Origin: Candidatus Sumerlaeia bacterium
Lineage (GTDB): Bacteria > Sumerlaeota > Sumerlaeia > SLMS01 > JANRJK01
Assembly (NCBI GenBank): GCA_033764015.1
Contig: JANRJK010000019.1
Location: 41,940 to 105,939 of the forward strand
Reading direction: 5' to 3'
DNA: 64,000 nt
A program made the position numbers and the translations under genes. Below are positions 30,601 through 38,530 of the stretch, piece after piece. The notes under the pieces are model-generated. The model ran no database searches. It was not told the DNA's origin and was given only the letters and a program-made list of their open reading frames with translations. Within the stretch, counting starts at the first letter, position 1, and every line of letters starts with the position of its first letter.

Positions 30601-32985
30601 GGCACGCTGCCCGACCGCCAGTGGGACATCGCGGTCGCCACCTACGACGCCACGAACTCCGCCATCATCCGCTCCAACGGAACCACGATCGCCAACGCGC
30701 ACCTCGGCTCCTACTGGCGCTCGGACCTCGACTCGGTCGAGTTCGGCGTCAAGAAGAGCGCCCTCACCACCGCCGGCTGGGACGGCACCTCGCCGGTCTG
30801 GTTCTGGGTGTTCACCGGAAAAGACCTCACGACCACCAAGCGGGACGAGATCGGCGGCTGGATGTCCTCCGCCAACACGAACCCGGGCCGCGGCAAGTTC
30901 GCCATCGTCGCCCACGGCAACCAGTCGCTCAACCGCGGCGACTCGATGCGCGACCGCATCTACAAGCCCGCCGCGCAGACCGGCACCGGGGCACCCTCCG
31001 GATTCCGCCTCACACTCGACACGCACACGATCTATAACATCCCGCTGAACGTCCACATGAGCGGCACGCTCATCTCGGCGATCGGCTGGATCAAAGACGC
31101 CGACCCCAAGTGGGACGGCCAGAACTTCCTGAACATCGTCGGCGACATCGTCGACGCCAACCAGGTCACGCACCCCGGCGCGAAGGTCGGCGGCGTGTGG
31201 TCCGAGCACATCATGCCCTACTTCAACGGGCCCATCAACGCCGCCTCGATCACGCACTTCGACGAACTCACCGAGGCCGTCTGGGGCATCACCGGCGACG
31301 AGATGGACGTGATGCACATCCCGGAGCGCGTCACCAACAGCAAGGCCTCGCCGGCCCGCGACCCCTTCGACGACATCGTGGACTCCGAGTACCGCGCCAC
31401 GTACATCGACGAGGTCGCCCACATCCGCAACTGGCTCTACCCCTCGGACCCGTGGACCGGAATCGGCGGCGCCTACGGCGAAGCCCGCCAGCACAAGATC
31501 CACCTGATCAACGGCGTGTACACGTTCCAGATCAACGACAACGAGGACCAGTACAAGTTCTGGCCGCAGGACGGCGGCGCGAACATGAACTGGCGCCTCA
31601 ACCTGCTCTACAAGGCGCTCGACACCGACCAGGCCCAGGTCACGCTCATCTTCGACGACTGGGAGGCCATGGCCGGCTACTCCTTCGGCAGCGGCTACAA
31701 CGACAACGCGCTCAACTACAACACCGTGATGCGCTGGGTCGCCAACAAGCCGTGGATCGAGGTGGTGACGCTGAAGGAAGTCCTCGACCGCGCCACCAAC
31801 GCCGCCAACCCGCAGTACAACGCGGGCTGGGTGGTCAACCAGGGCGACATCGGCAACAAGCCGTTCGACACCTACGACTACCTCCACCACGCGACGCAGG
31901 ATTCCTACGACAACTGGTACTGGGGCCAGACCGGCCTCGAGGAGAGCTTCCGCAACGCGGTCCCGACCGTCTCGGGCAACGTGGGCAGCGGCACCGCGAT
32001 GCCCAGCGGCAAGGTCTTCGGCGACATCGCAACGCCCGGCACGATCATCTACGACACCTGGGCAACCGTCTCCGCGGCGCCGCAGAACAACCTGCGCCGC
32101 CTCGCGGAAATCGCTTACGCCTCGATGATCTACGAAACCGCCTGGCACGACGAGGATAACACCAACTACGACCGCAACCCGGGGACGAACTACAAGACGT
32201 GGCTCTTCCCCGACACGACCTACGACCGCGTCTCGGGCTGGCTCTTCACCCTGGCCAACCACCTGCGCACCGTCTCCGCGACCACCGCCGCGGCCAACTG
32301 GTCGAACTCGATCAAGACCGGCACCCGCCCCGCGGGCGTCACCGTCAGCTCCACCGACATCGACCAGGACGGCCAGAACGAATTCGTGCTCGCCAACGAG
32401 CGCGTCTGGCTCGCCTTCGAAGCCCGCGGCGGACGCTGCACCCAGGCCTACTTCTACGACCCGGTCCTCCAGGACTCCTTCTCCTTCCTCGGCACCTCGC
32501 CCATCAACAACCCCACGGGCCAGGGCGAGGAGGAGGGCATCGCGAACGCGAGCCGCTGCTCCGCCTTCAAGGACACCGCCGGCGGCACCTACGCCGACGC
32601 CATCTACAACGCCTCCACCGGCGCCTCCTCGATCACGTTCACGTCCCCGAACGGACTCATCTCCAAGACGATCTCGCTCACCGGCGGCTCCAACACGGTC
32701 AGCGTCGCCTACACCAACAACACCGGCGCCGACCTCTACGTCCGCATGGGTGTCTCGGTGAACAACCTCGACCTCCTCAAGTTCGGCCAGAACTTCGTAT
32801 CGAGCTACTCCGCGACGACCTTCTCCCAGACGAACAGCACCGAGGGCGCGGTCACGATCCAAGCGGTCACGAACAGCGGCATCAGCCAGCTCGACGCCTT
32901 CACCCGCTTCGTCATCCCGCTCACCGAGCAGATGGAAGTGCGCGTCGGCACCGGATCGAGCACCTTCACGGTGACGCCGAACTGA
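24661..32985 (+). CDS. Giant secreted multimodular alpha-glucan-active enzyme (2774 aa): GH119-like domain, CBM25-like x3, PKD, BACON x4, dockerin-like and DOMON-like inserts, second GH57-like domain
   Basis: AAGGAGG RBS, GTG start and a signal peptide. N-terminal HWHQHQPIYW, GFFPTELTFSTRLIP and HDGDN. CBM WDNNxGxDW repeats, PKD AWEWDFDNNG and repeated FTVRNSGxGTL..PTSGTSTGE. C-terminal HGNQ, HMSGTL, EHIMP, HIPERV and FDDWE. Confidence 0.85.
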   Translation: MNFDHRRPPGRVSGLSALAIALAALGVLTAPVAAPAQGQVNRAPKVTWHWHQHQPIYWNDKTRSSADDRYETAWESIQQKDGGNAHPSNNLREIFGKDDRVAAYQWRMRDSLGSIGSHLNSGVTVTYSGALMENIKSLGNANQLGYSGGWKNPILEAINWRTTGGARRMDITNFTHHHSLTGLQDPVTIAMEIRLNQEMQMQTLGLSMNDLSDGFFPTELTFSTRLIPTLLDAGIEWTYVSGEKIARAMPDFPLVLGSGGVMCAPPNRADKLNPPGVNFLRYSIDRGCSPVNANPASYQPAYVQWVDPNSPLGNPTVRKMVAVPIDQAWSWNDGYRCIGSSFLDDINSRNNTNQPSLVVLGHDGDNAFGGGFSYYLECVPNLANDARNKGYEVTVVEQYLSQFPPSTSNVIHVEDGGWVNADSDFGSPTFINWNYPLLSSTGQVDPVNGWHEKIRDMAIFTATLNRVLTAQQITGHTPNFAKILNPDGSTAAVDKAWHYFLGSLDSGNVYFGPAEDLEVKATLGCNEANQRIDSILSNLSNDLTPPSILLPQRFPYNPGGENYGVEFGYRRVVDDGDFHIYTFAADASGVASSTLKYRIDTDGANPLTSHVNELYADGSSTGEVGAWQSLAMTKRVFPKGLPAGYTNGAINFFELPTHIADHFSVPVNGLRDVLIDYYVESVDTRGNVSRSPIQHVYIGDGSGSGGGDTTVTIAPNPPVRGESATITYNATGRPLDAAANVYIHRGQNGWQNVVTPDPQMVPTGTPKQFTHTFTVPDTATVVNAVFNNGTGTWDNNSGQDWAFNTIEGSDNPPTAAFGASPTNGVAPLAVQFTDASTNSPTAWEWDFDNNGTVDSTEQNPQFTYTTAGFKTVKLVASNTFGSDEEVKTNFINVGAPPTDPSISLNKAQITASSIVGSDATADSFTVRNSGVGTLNYTVATSTAGRRGLNPTPAQIARMVLGLDPADMAADLNNDGVVDMADAIYDGPAPSWLIATPTSGSSTGEEDTIAVQFDSDALAPGTYNGTITVAGNAPNSPRTIAVTLNVAENIPATTTVVPNPPIAGQGARVWYQQAGGPLASFGAINLHWGINGGLAAGGTWQGVTTTPMTKSGTTTMWYADITIPANATSLNFVTNNAGTTWDNNAGADWNFAVTGGAPGIVLSTTTLTATAVQGSSPSSQSFTVRNSGGGTLSYTLTKASTGSGTDWFAVAPGSGTSTGEADTVTVTYNTTALAQGSYSARIDVAGNAANSPQSVDVNLTITASIPNTTTVVPNPPNAGEAARVWYQQAGGPLAAFSAINLHWGINGGPTGGSAWSNVTSTPMTKSGSTTMWFADITIPANATSLNFVTNNAGTTWDNNSNNNWNFAVNSGDAAIELSTSSITATAAEGATPSTQTFTVRNAGEGVLNWSASFTPDPLRAARGTGGGTRKTIAIDGVNTAGEWTDNEIVASDPAFDNANVSGGNWSTHETQFDYTQLYSAWDDQFLYVAFQIADVIDVEDPANAGSSQGTRPHQMNLIQYIAIDTKDGGYGSDPATGDMWGKGHGFLGDNRPDYQVYFASNFWQGPFLCPYDNGWDPDNDTTGPSPTGLRGASANHWAGGDIIGPGGKDYVATTSHNEGRSSFFEVRIPLALIGSPDLDTDGIGIWVSHGEGDLFSGVDSIPNDPATTNTPGVSQSNSPNEWEDFDNYSEPFAAVGNGGINGGGGSWLTLTPTAGTSTGETDSVTVSFDTTGLLAGSYAGTVTVTGNAPNSPRTIPVTLTITGGGTPNPQTQLSTSSVNASAQQGATPANSTFTVRNSGTGTLNYTLTKQNTGDGVAWFTVSPTSGTSTGEADTITVSYNTTGLAPDTYAAAVEVAGGNSGPQMLSVFLTVTSAPTQPTIVIGPGPSLGTNVEGTSYNQEFQDWTAADVRGLDTNDAAALGDGYDGSRDISAFYSRFQGDNLMLRVDLLELGIFAENGNVDVYVLIDCAAGGTSSYPNGISGTLPDRQWDIAVATYDATNSAIIRSNGTTIANAHLGSYWRSDLDSVEFGVKKSALTTAGWDGTSPVWFWVFTGKDLTTTKRDEIGGWMSSANTNPGRGKFAIVAHGNQSLNRGDSMRDRIYKPAAQTGTGAPSGFRLTLDTHTIYNIPLNVHMSGTLISAIGWIKDADPKWDGQNFLNIVGDIVDANQVTHPGAKVGGVWSEHIMPYFNGPINAASITHFDELTEAVWGITGDEMDVMHIPERVTNSKASPARDPFDDIVDSEYRATYIDEVAHIRNWLYPSDPWTGIGGAYGEARQHKIHLINGVYTFQINDNEDQYKFWPQDGGANMNWRLNLLYKALDTDQAQVTLIFDDWEAMAGYSFGSGYNDNALNYNTVMRWVANKPWIEVVTLKEVLDRATNAANPQYNAGWVVNQGDIGNKPFDTYDYLHHATQDSYDNWYWGQTGLEESFRNAVPTVSGNVGSGTAMPSGKVFGDIATPGTIIYDTWATVSAAPQNNLRRLAEIAYASMIYETAWHDEDNTNYDRNPGTNYKTWLFPDTTYDRVSGWLFTLANHLRTVSATTAAANWSNSIKTGTRPAGVTVSSTDIDQDGQNEFVLANERVWLAFEARGGRCTQAYFYDPVLQDSFSFLGTSPINNPTGQGEEEGIANASRCSAFKDTAGGTYADAIYNASTGASSITFTSPNGLISKTISLTGGSNTVSVAYTNNTGADLYVRMGVSVNNLDLLKFGQNFVSSYSATTFSQTNSTEGAVTIQAVTNSGISQLDAFTRFVIPLTEQMEVRVGTGSSTFTVTPN
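27820..28760 (+). repeat. Intragenic near-identical direct repeat (~290 bp units, period ~645 bp) encoding duplicated CBMs
   Basis: 27823-28115 and 28468-28760 share e.g. CGCGTCTGGTACCAGCAGGCCGGCGGCCCGCT and GCCGACATCACGATCCCGGCCAACGCCACGTCGCTCAACTTCGTGACGAACAACGC. Confidence 0.9.
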
Positions 32986-33011
32986 CCGGCGACCACCCGC
33001 ACGAAGCATCC

Positions 33012-33050
33012 ACCGCCGGGGGCCGAAAGGCTCCCGGCGGTTCCGCTTTC
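33012..33050 (+). terminator. Hairpin after the giant glycoside hydrolase gene
   Basis: ACCGCCGGGGGCC-GAAA-GGCTCCCGGCGGT followed by TCCGCTTTC. Confidence 0.65.
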
Positions 33051-33062
33051 CGCCCGGGAGCG

Positions 33063-33671
33063 CGCAGCAACCCCTTCGCGGTCCAGCGGCTCGGTCCCGC
33101 CGGGACCCCCTACTTGGCGCCGTCCGGGTACATCGGAGGGATCGCGGCGCGCCTCCGCGCCCCGCACGCGGCCCTCGAACTCACCGGCCCGCACGGGGTC
33201 GGCAAGAGCACACTCATGCGGGCGGTGCTCGCGGCCGCGGACCGGCCGGCGACGCTGCTGCGGGCCAACACGGAGCGCAGGGTCCGCGGCCTCCCCGGTG
33301 CGCTGCGCCTTCCATACGGCGGCATCCTCGCCATCGACGGCGCCGAGGTGGTGCCGCGCCCCGTGCTGGCGGCGCTAGACGGCTGGCGCCGCCTCCGCGC
33401 CGCCGCGCTCCTCCTCACGACCCATGCACCGCTCGGGCTCGGCGAGACGGTTCCCGTCCGCGCGGAGGCCGAACGGCTCGCGGGACTCTGCGCCTCGCTG
33501 CTCGATGCCGCGCCGGGAGACTTGCCGGAGCGAGCACTCGCGCTGCTCCTCGACGCCTCCGGCGGGGACATGCGCGAGGCGCTCTTCCGGCTTTACGACT
33601 TGTGGGAGGATCTGCCGGAGCCCTCGGCCCCGGCGCTCGCCGCGGAACTCTCCCGGCGTTTCAGTTCTTGA
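33063..33671 (+). CDS. Small P-loop ATPase-like protein, start codon uncertain
   Basis: RSNPFAV N-terminal motif, Walker A GPHGVGKST, Walker B-like LAIDGAE, LLLTTH and GGDMREALFRLYD. No ATG or GTG precedes the Walker A (CTG 32982 or TTG 33114 only). Confidence 0.6.
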   Translation, partial: RSNPFAVQRLGPAGTPYLAPSGYIGGIAARLRAPHAALELTGPHGVGKSTLMRAVLAAADRPATLLRANTERRVRGLPGALRLPYGGILAIDGAEVVPRPVLAALDGWRRLRAAALLLTTHAPLGLGETVPVRAEAERLAGLCASLLDAAPGDLPERALALLLDASGGDMREALFRLYDLWEDLPEPSAPALAAELSRRFSS

Positions 33672-34311
33672 TGAACACCCGCTGCTGCACGTGGTCGCGG
33701 AGCTGCACTTCGTCCACGAGCGTCTGCGCCAAATCCCCTTCCCGCACCGAGGAGAGCAGGCCGACCGTCACTTCGGGCCCCACCGAGACGCGTCCCTTGG
33801 GAGCGCCTTTCGCCAGCGCGTAGGGCTTCACGATGGTCCATTCCAAGCCCGAGCGCGCGATGACTTCTTCCAGGCGGCAGCGGTCGTCGAACGCCTCCGA
33901 AGCACCGTCCTGGAGGGCGAGCTGCTGGCGGCGGGCGAAGAAGCCCAGGTTGTCGGACTTGCCGACCAGCGCATGGCTCACGGCGACAAGCCGCCGCACG
34001 CCGCACTTGCGCATCGCCTCGATGACCGCGGAGGCGGCGGCGGCGCACTCCTTCCCTTGCAGCGGCGCCTCGTACCCGAGGAGCAGCACCACCGCCACAT
34101 TGCCGCGGACCGCCTTCTCCGCGACCGCCGCATTGGCGATGGCGCCCTCCACCACACGGACGCGGTCCTCGTCGAGGTCCTGAAGCACGAAGGGCTCGCG
34201 CGAATGCGCCGTGACGCGGAAGCCGAACGCGAGCGCCCGGCGGACCGTTTCCCGCCCCGCCGCGCTGGTGGCGCCGATCACCGCGATGTGCTCCAAAGCC
34301 CGCTCCTCCAA
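33661..34311 (-). CDS. NAD(P)H-binding Rossmann-fold oxidoreductase (flavin/biliverdin reductase-like)
   Basis: IAVIGATSAAGRETVRRAL, GVRRLVAVS and SGLEWTIVKP. Confidence 0.8.
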   Translation of the reverse strand: MEERALEHIAVIGATSAAGRETVRRALAFGFRVTAHSREPFVLQDLDEDRVRVVEGAIANAAVAEKAVRGNVAVVLLLGYEAPLQGKECAAAASAVIEAMRKCGVRRLVAVSHALVGKSDNLGFFARRQQLALQDGASEAFDDRCRLEEVIARSGLEWTIVKPYALAKGAPKGRVSVGPEVTVGLLSSVREGDLAQTLVDEVQLRDHVQQRVFIKN

Positions 34312-34436
34312 TCCTTCCGCCCCAGCATTGAAGCGGTTGCCCCTCGGGAAGTGTCAACGGGCGCGCGCGAGGCGCGGCGCGCTGTGTTGCCGGGCAGCGA
34401 AGTCGGACAAATAAACGGCTTCACCGCCGGGCACAT

Positions 34437-34454
34437 CTGTGGCTTTTTTCACAA
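34437..34454. promoter_or_regulatory. Rex/CRP-like operator upstream of sdhCAB
   Basis: CTGTGGCTTTTTTCACAA compared with the Rex consensus TTGTGAANNNNTTCACAA. Confidence 0.55.
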
Positions 34455-34630
34455 GCACGCGTCAATACGGCGCACGGCGATGATTGAGACCATAATTATA
34501 CAAGCAGTTCGTCATTGCCTCGCCGCCTTGTCCGCGTTCCATTTGCCCCCGCGTGGCCGGAAGGCCCCGCGATCCGCTAGGGGTTACGCCAACTGTCATG
34601 GGCCACCAGCCAACGGCAACATCCAAAGCC

Positions 34631-35338
34631 ATGGACCAGAACGTCCGGTACTTCCTGCTCCGGCGCCTCCATTCGCTCCTCGGTATCTTCCCGCTGGGCA
34701 TCTTCCTGTTCGGCCACCTGGTGACCAACGGGCAGGCGATCATGGGGGCCGAGGCCTTCGAGCACAAGGTCGCGCTGATCCACTCCCTCGGGCCGGCGCT
34801 GCCGATCGTCGAGGCCGTCATGATCTTCATCCCGCTCGCCCTGCACATCGCGCTGGGCATTGTGATCGCCCTCACCGGCAAGAGCAACGCGGGCACGCTC
34901 AAGTACGGGCGCAACATCGCCTACACGCTTCAGCGGCTCTCGGGCTGGGCGGCGCTCGCCTTCATCCTCTACCACGTGGTCACGCTCCGCTTCCTGCACG
35001 ACATGGACGCGGTGCCGTTCAGCGCGCACTTGGCGCAGCTCTTCAAGAACCCGCTCTGGGTAGCGGTGTACTTCCTCGGCTCGCTCTCCGTGGTGTACCA
35101 CTTCGCGAACGGCATCTGCACCTTCTGCATGACGTGGGGCCTGACGGTGGGCCGGACCAGCCAGCTCTGGATGGCGCGCGCCGCGGTCGGCGTCGGCGCG
35201 GCGCTGATGCTCCTCGCGACCTCCTCGCTGATCGGCTTCATCAAGATGGATCCCGCCGAGGCGCAGCGCATCGGCGAGGAGATCCATGGCAAGCATGGCG
35301 CGGTGCAGGTCGAAACCGCCGCCGCGGCGACCAAGTGA
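34631..35338 (+). CDS. sdhC: Succinate dehydrogenase cytochrome b558 subunit (Bacillus-type)
   Basis: RRLHSLLGIFPLG, LQRLSG, YHFANG..F..TWG and five TM helices. Confidence 0.93.
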   Translation: MDQNVRYFLLRRLHSLLGIFPLGIFLFGHLVTNGQAIMGAEAFEHKVALIHSLGPALPIVEAVMIFIPLALHIALGIVIALTGKSNAGTLKYGRNIAYTLQRLSGWAALAFILYHVVTLRFLHDMDAVPFSAHLAQLFKNPLWVAVYFLGSLSVVYHFANGICTFCMTWGLTVGRTSQLWMARAAVGVGAALMLLATSSLIGFIKMDPAEAQRIGEEIHGKHGAVQVETAAAATK

Positions 35339-35380
35339 CCTTCCACCCCAACCACCCGCACCCCAGGAGCGTTTAGTCCC

Positions 35381-37348
35381 ATGTCGAAGCGAATCATCGT
35401 CGTCGGCGGCGGCCTCGCGGGCCTTTCCGCAGCGATCAAGGCGGCGGAGCGCGGCTACTCCGTGGACCTCTTCTCGATGGTCCCCGTGAAGCGCTCCCAC
35501 TCGGTCTGCGCGCAGGGCGGCATCAACGGCGCCAAGAACCTCAAGGGCGAGGGCGACCACCCCGACATCCACACGTCCGACACGCTGTTCGGCGGCGAAT
35601 ACCTCGCCGACCAGCCGCTGGTCGCCGGCATGTGCGCCAACGCTCCCCGCATCATCGACCTCCTCGACCGCATGGGCGTGCCCTTCAACCGCACGCCGGA
35701 GGGCAACATCGACTTCCGCCGCTTCGGCGGCACGCTGCACCACCGCACCGCATTCTCCGGCGCCACCACCGGCCAGCAGCTCATGTACGCGCTCGACGAG
35801 CAGGTGCGCCGCTACGAGGCGCAGGGCCTCGTCGAGAAGTACGAGTACTGGGAGTTCCTCTCGCTCGTCCTCGACGACAACGGCGCGACCCGCGGCATCA
35901 CCGCGATGAACATCTGGGACCGCAAGACCGAGGTGTTCCGCGGCAACGCCGTGATCCTCGCGACCGGCGGCCCGGGCATCGTCTTCGGCAAGTCCACCAA
36001 CTCCGTCATCAACACCGGCGCCGCCGCCAGCCGCGCCTACCAGCAGGGCGTCTGGTACGCGAACGGAGAATTCATCCAGGTCCACCCGACCTCGATCCCC
36101 GGCAAGGACAAGCTACGCCTCATCTCCGAATCGGTCCGCGGCGAAGGCGGGCGCGTGTGGGTTCCCAAGGACCGCACCGATGCGCGCGCCGCGCAGGACA
36201 TCCCCGACTCCGACCGCGACTACTTCCTCGAGCGCAAGTACCCGAAGTACGGCAATCTGGTGCCCCGCGACGTCGCGACCCGCGAGATCTTCCACATGGT
36301 GACCGTCGAGAAGCGCGGCGTGGACGGCATGAAGGCCGTCTACCTCGACATCACGCCCGCCCGCTCCGGCCAGAGCGCCGAAGCGCTCGAGCGCAAGCTC
36401 GGCGGCGTGCTCGAAATCTACCGCAAGTTCGTCGGCGACGATCCCATCCAAGTGCCCATGAAGATCTTCCCGGGCATGCACTATTCGATGGGCGGCCTCT
36501 GGGTCGGCTATTCCGACAGCGACGGCATGGTGTCGCAGATGACCAACGTGCCCGGCACCTTCGCCGCGGGCGAGGTGGACTTCCAGTACCACGGGGCGAA
36601 CCGCCTCGGCGCCAACTCGCTGCTCTCATGCATCTACGGCGGCGACCTCGCCGGCGAGCGCGCCGTCGAATACTGCACCGCGGTCAAGTCCGAGGCGCCC
36701 GACGCGGTCTTCACGCGCGAACTGAACCGCCAGAACGAGATCGCCGCGGGCCTCCTCAAGGGCTCCGGCCCCGAGAACCCCTTCACGATCGGCGAGGAAC
36801 TCGGCGACCTCATGACCGAGCGCTGCACTGTGGTCCGCGAGAACAAGGCGCTCGACGAACTGCTCGAGAAGCTCGACGAACTCGAAGAGCGCACGCACCG
36901 CATGACGGTCGCGGACGACAAGCACAGCGTGAACCAAGCCTACGGGCAGGCGCGCTCGATCCGCGACATGATTGTCCTCGCCCGCGCCATGGCCAAGGGC
37001 GCGCGGCTGCGCGACGAATGCCGCGGCGCCCACTACAAGCCCGAGTTCGAGCTGCACAAGCCCGAGGCCGACAAGCTCGGCGACCCCGCGGAGCACGCCG
37101 GATACCGCGGCTTCATCGGCGGCCTGAAGGACAAGTGGGGCGGCAAGTTCGACGTCCCGAAGGCCAAGGGCAAGACCCTCAGCCCCGAGTTCAACGCGTA
37201 CATGGACAAGTGGGTCGAGCAGCAGCAGAACTGGCACAAGAGCACCATCGCAGAGTACAAGGCCGGAAACGGCGTCTCCGGCGCCGACGTCACCTTCAAG
37301 CCCGTCGCCGTCTCGTTCGAGCCGCCCCGCCCGCGCATCTACAAGTAA
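35381..37348 (+). CDS. sdhA: Succinate dehydrogenase flavoprotein subunit
   Basis: GGGLAGL, RSHSVCAQGGIN, QVHPT, SESVRGEGG and HGANRLGANSL. Confidence 0.97.
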   Translation: MSKRIIVVGGGLAGLSAAIKAAERGYSVDLFSMVPVKRSHSVCAQGGINGAKNLKGEGDHPDIHTSDTLFGGEYLADQPLVAGMCANAPRIIDLLDRMGVPFNRTPEGNIDFRRFGGTLHHRTAFSGATTGQQLMYALDEQVRRYEAQGLVEKYEYWEFLSLVLDDNGATRGITAMNIWDRKTEVFRGNAVILATGGPGIVFGKSTNSVINTGAAASRAYQQGVWYANGEFIQVHPTSIPGKDKLRLISESVRGEGGRVWVPKDRTDARAAQDIPDSDRDYFLERKYPKYGNLVPRDVATREIFHMVTVEKRGVDGMKAVYLDITPARSGQSAEALERKLGGVLEIYRKFVGDDPIQVPMKIFPGMHYSMGGLWVGYSDSDGMVSQMTNVPGTFAAGEVDFQYHGANRLGANSLLSCIYGGDLAGERAVEYCTAVKSEAPDAVFTRELNRQNEIAAGLLKGSGPENPFTIGEELGDLMTERCTVVRENKALDELLEKLDELEERTHRMTVADDKHSVNQAYGQARSIRDMIVLARAMAKGARLRDECRGAHYKPEFELHKPEADKLGDPAEHAGYRGFIGGLKDKWGGKFDVPKAKGKTLSPEFNAYMDKWVEQQQNWHKSTIAEYKAGNGVSGADVTFKPVAVSFEPPRPRIYK

Positions 37349-37393
37349 CCGCCGAAACCGACCACCCCACGACCTTCGGAGACAACGCCCGCC

Positions 37394-38140
37394 ATGCCCG
37401 AGACTATCGAACTCCGGATCAAGCGCCAGAGCGAGCCCGGCGCCGAGCCGTACTGGGAGACGTTCCGGATCCCCTACAAGGCCAATATGAACGTGATCTC
37501 CTGCCTGATGGAGATCCGCCAGAAGCCCGCCACCGCCGAAGGCAAGGCGACCGCGCCCGTTTCCTACGACGCCGCCTGCCTCGAGGAGGTCTGCGGCTCC
37601 TGCTCCATGCGGATCAACGGCGTGCCGCGCCAAGCGTGCTCCGCACTCGTGGACGAACTCGAGCAGCCCATCGTGCTCGAGCCGTTCAGCAAGTTCCCCG
37701 TGATGCGCGACCTGCTGGTGGACCGCAGCCGCATGTTCGAGGCGCTCAAGCGCGTCCGCGCGTGGGTGCCGCTGGACGGCACCTACGACCTCGGCGCCGG
37801 CCCGCACCAGAGCCCGCAAGTGCAGGAGGAGATCTACCCCTACTCGCGCTGCATGACGTGCGGCTGCTGCCTCGAAGCCTGCCCGCAGGTGAACGAGAAC
37901 AGCTCCTTCATCGGCGCCGCAGCCATCGGCCAGGCGTACCGCTTCAACACGCAGCCCGGCAGCGATTCGCTTTACGAGGAGCGCATGCAGGCCCTCATGG
38001 GTCCCGGCGGCGTGGGCGACTGCGGCAACGCCCAGAACTGCGTCCGCGTCTGCCCGAAGGAGATCCCCCTCACCGACGCCATCGCCGAAATGGGGCGCGA
38101 ACTTACTGTTTACGCCGTGAAGAGTTTCTTCAAGGCTTGA
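37394..38140 (+). CDS. sdhB: Succinate dehydrogenase iron-sulfur subunit
   Basis: CLEEVCGSC, CMTCGCCLEACP and CGNAQNCVRVCP. Confidence 0.97.
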   Translation: MPETIELRIKRQSEPGAEPYWETFRIPYKANMNVISCLMEIRQKPATAEGKATAPVSYDAACLEEVCGSCSMRINGVPRQACSALVDELEQPIVLEPFSKFPVMRDLLVDRSRMFEALKRVRAWVPLDGTYDLGAGPHQSPQVQEEIYPYSRCMTCGCCLEACPQVNENSSFIGAAAIGQAYRFNTQPGSDSLYEERMQALMGPGGVGDCGNAQNCVRVCPKEIPLTDAIAEMGRELTVYAVKSFFKA

Positions 38141-38180
38141 ACGCGTAGCGCACGAACCCCCTCCCCGGAGCCGCGCAGCC

Positions 38181-38468
38181 ATGATCAAGGTGGACATCGT
38201 ACGCGCCGTCGCCGACCAGCTCCACTTGAAGGACAAGGAGGCGCTGCAGGTCGTGGACGCCACGATCGAATGCCTCAAGGAAGTCATCGCCGAGGACGGG
38301 CGCCTCGAGGTGCGCAACTTCGGCGTCTTCCAAGTCAAGACCCGCAAGGCGCGGGTCGGCCGCAACCCGCGCAACAAGGTGGCCTACCCCATCAACGAGC
38401 ACAAGGCGGTCACCTTCAAGGCGGGCAAAGGCATCAAGGATGTCCGAGAGTCCACCCCGCTCGACTAG
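38181..38468 (+). CDS. IHF/HU family DNA-binding protein
   Basis: LEVRNFGVFQVKTRKARVGRNPRN and VTFKAGK. Confidence 0.93.
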   Translation: MIKVDIVRAVADQLHLKDKEALQVVDATIECLKEVIAEDGRLEVRNFGVFQVKTRKARVGRNPRNKVAYPINEHKAVTFKAGKGIKDVRESTPLD

Positions 38469-38494
38469 CGCTTCCGCCTACCGAAAGCTCCCAC

Positions 38495-38530
38495 CGCCGC
38501 CCCTGGTCCGCCGGGGGCGGCGCTGCTTTC
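38495..38530 (+). terminator. Probable terminator after the IHF/HU gene
   Basis: CGCCGCCCCTGG-tccg-CCGGGGGCGGCG followed by CTGCTTTC. Confidence 0.55.

Noticed and set aside
26623..33009. 2128-aa minus-strand ORF and other long antisense ORFs (e.g. 3243-6137, 18856-21219, 21256-23538, 48354-50429, 61345-63615)
   Set aside because: They are shadows of strongly GC3-biased real genes on the opposite strand, with no recognisable motifs.
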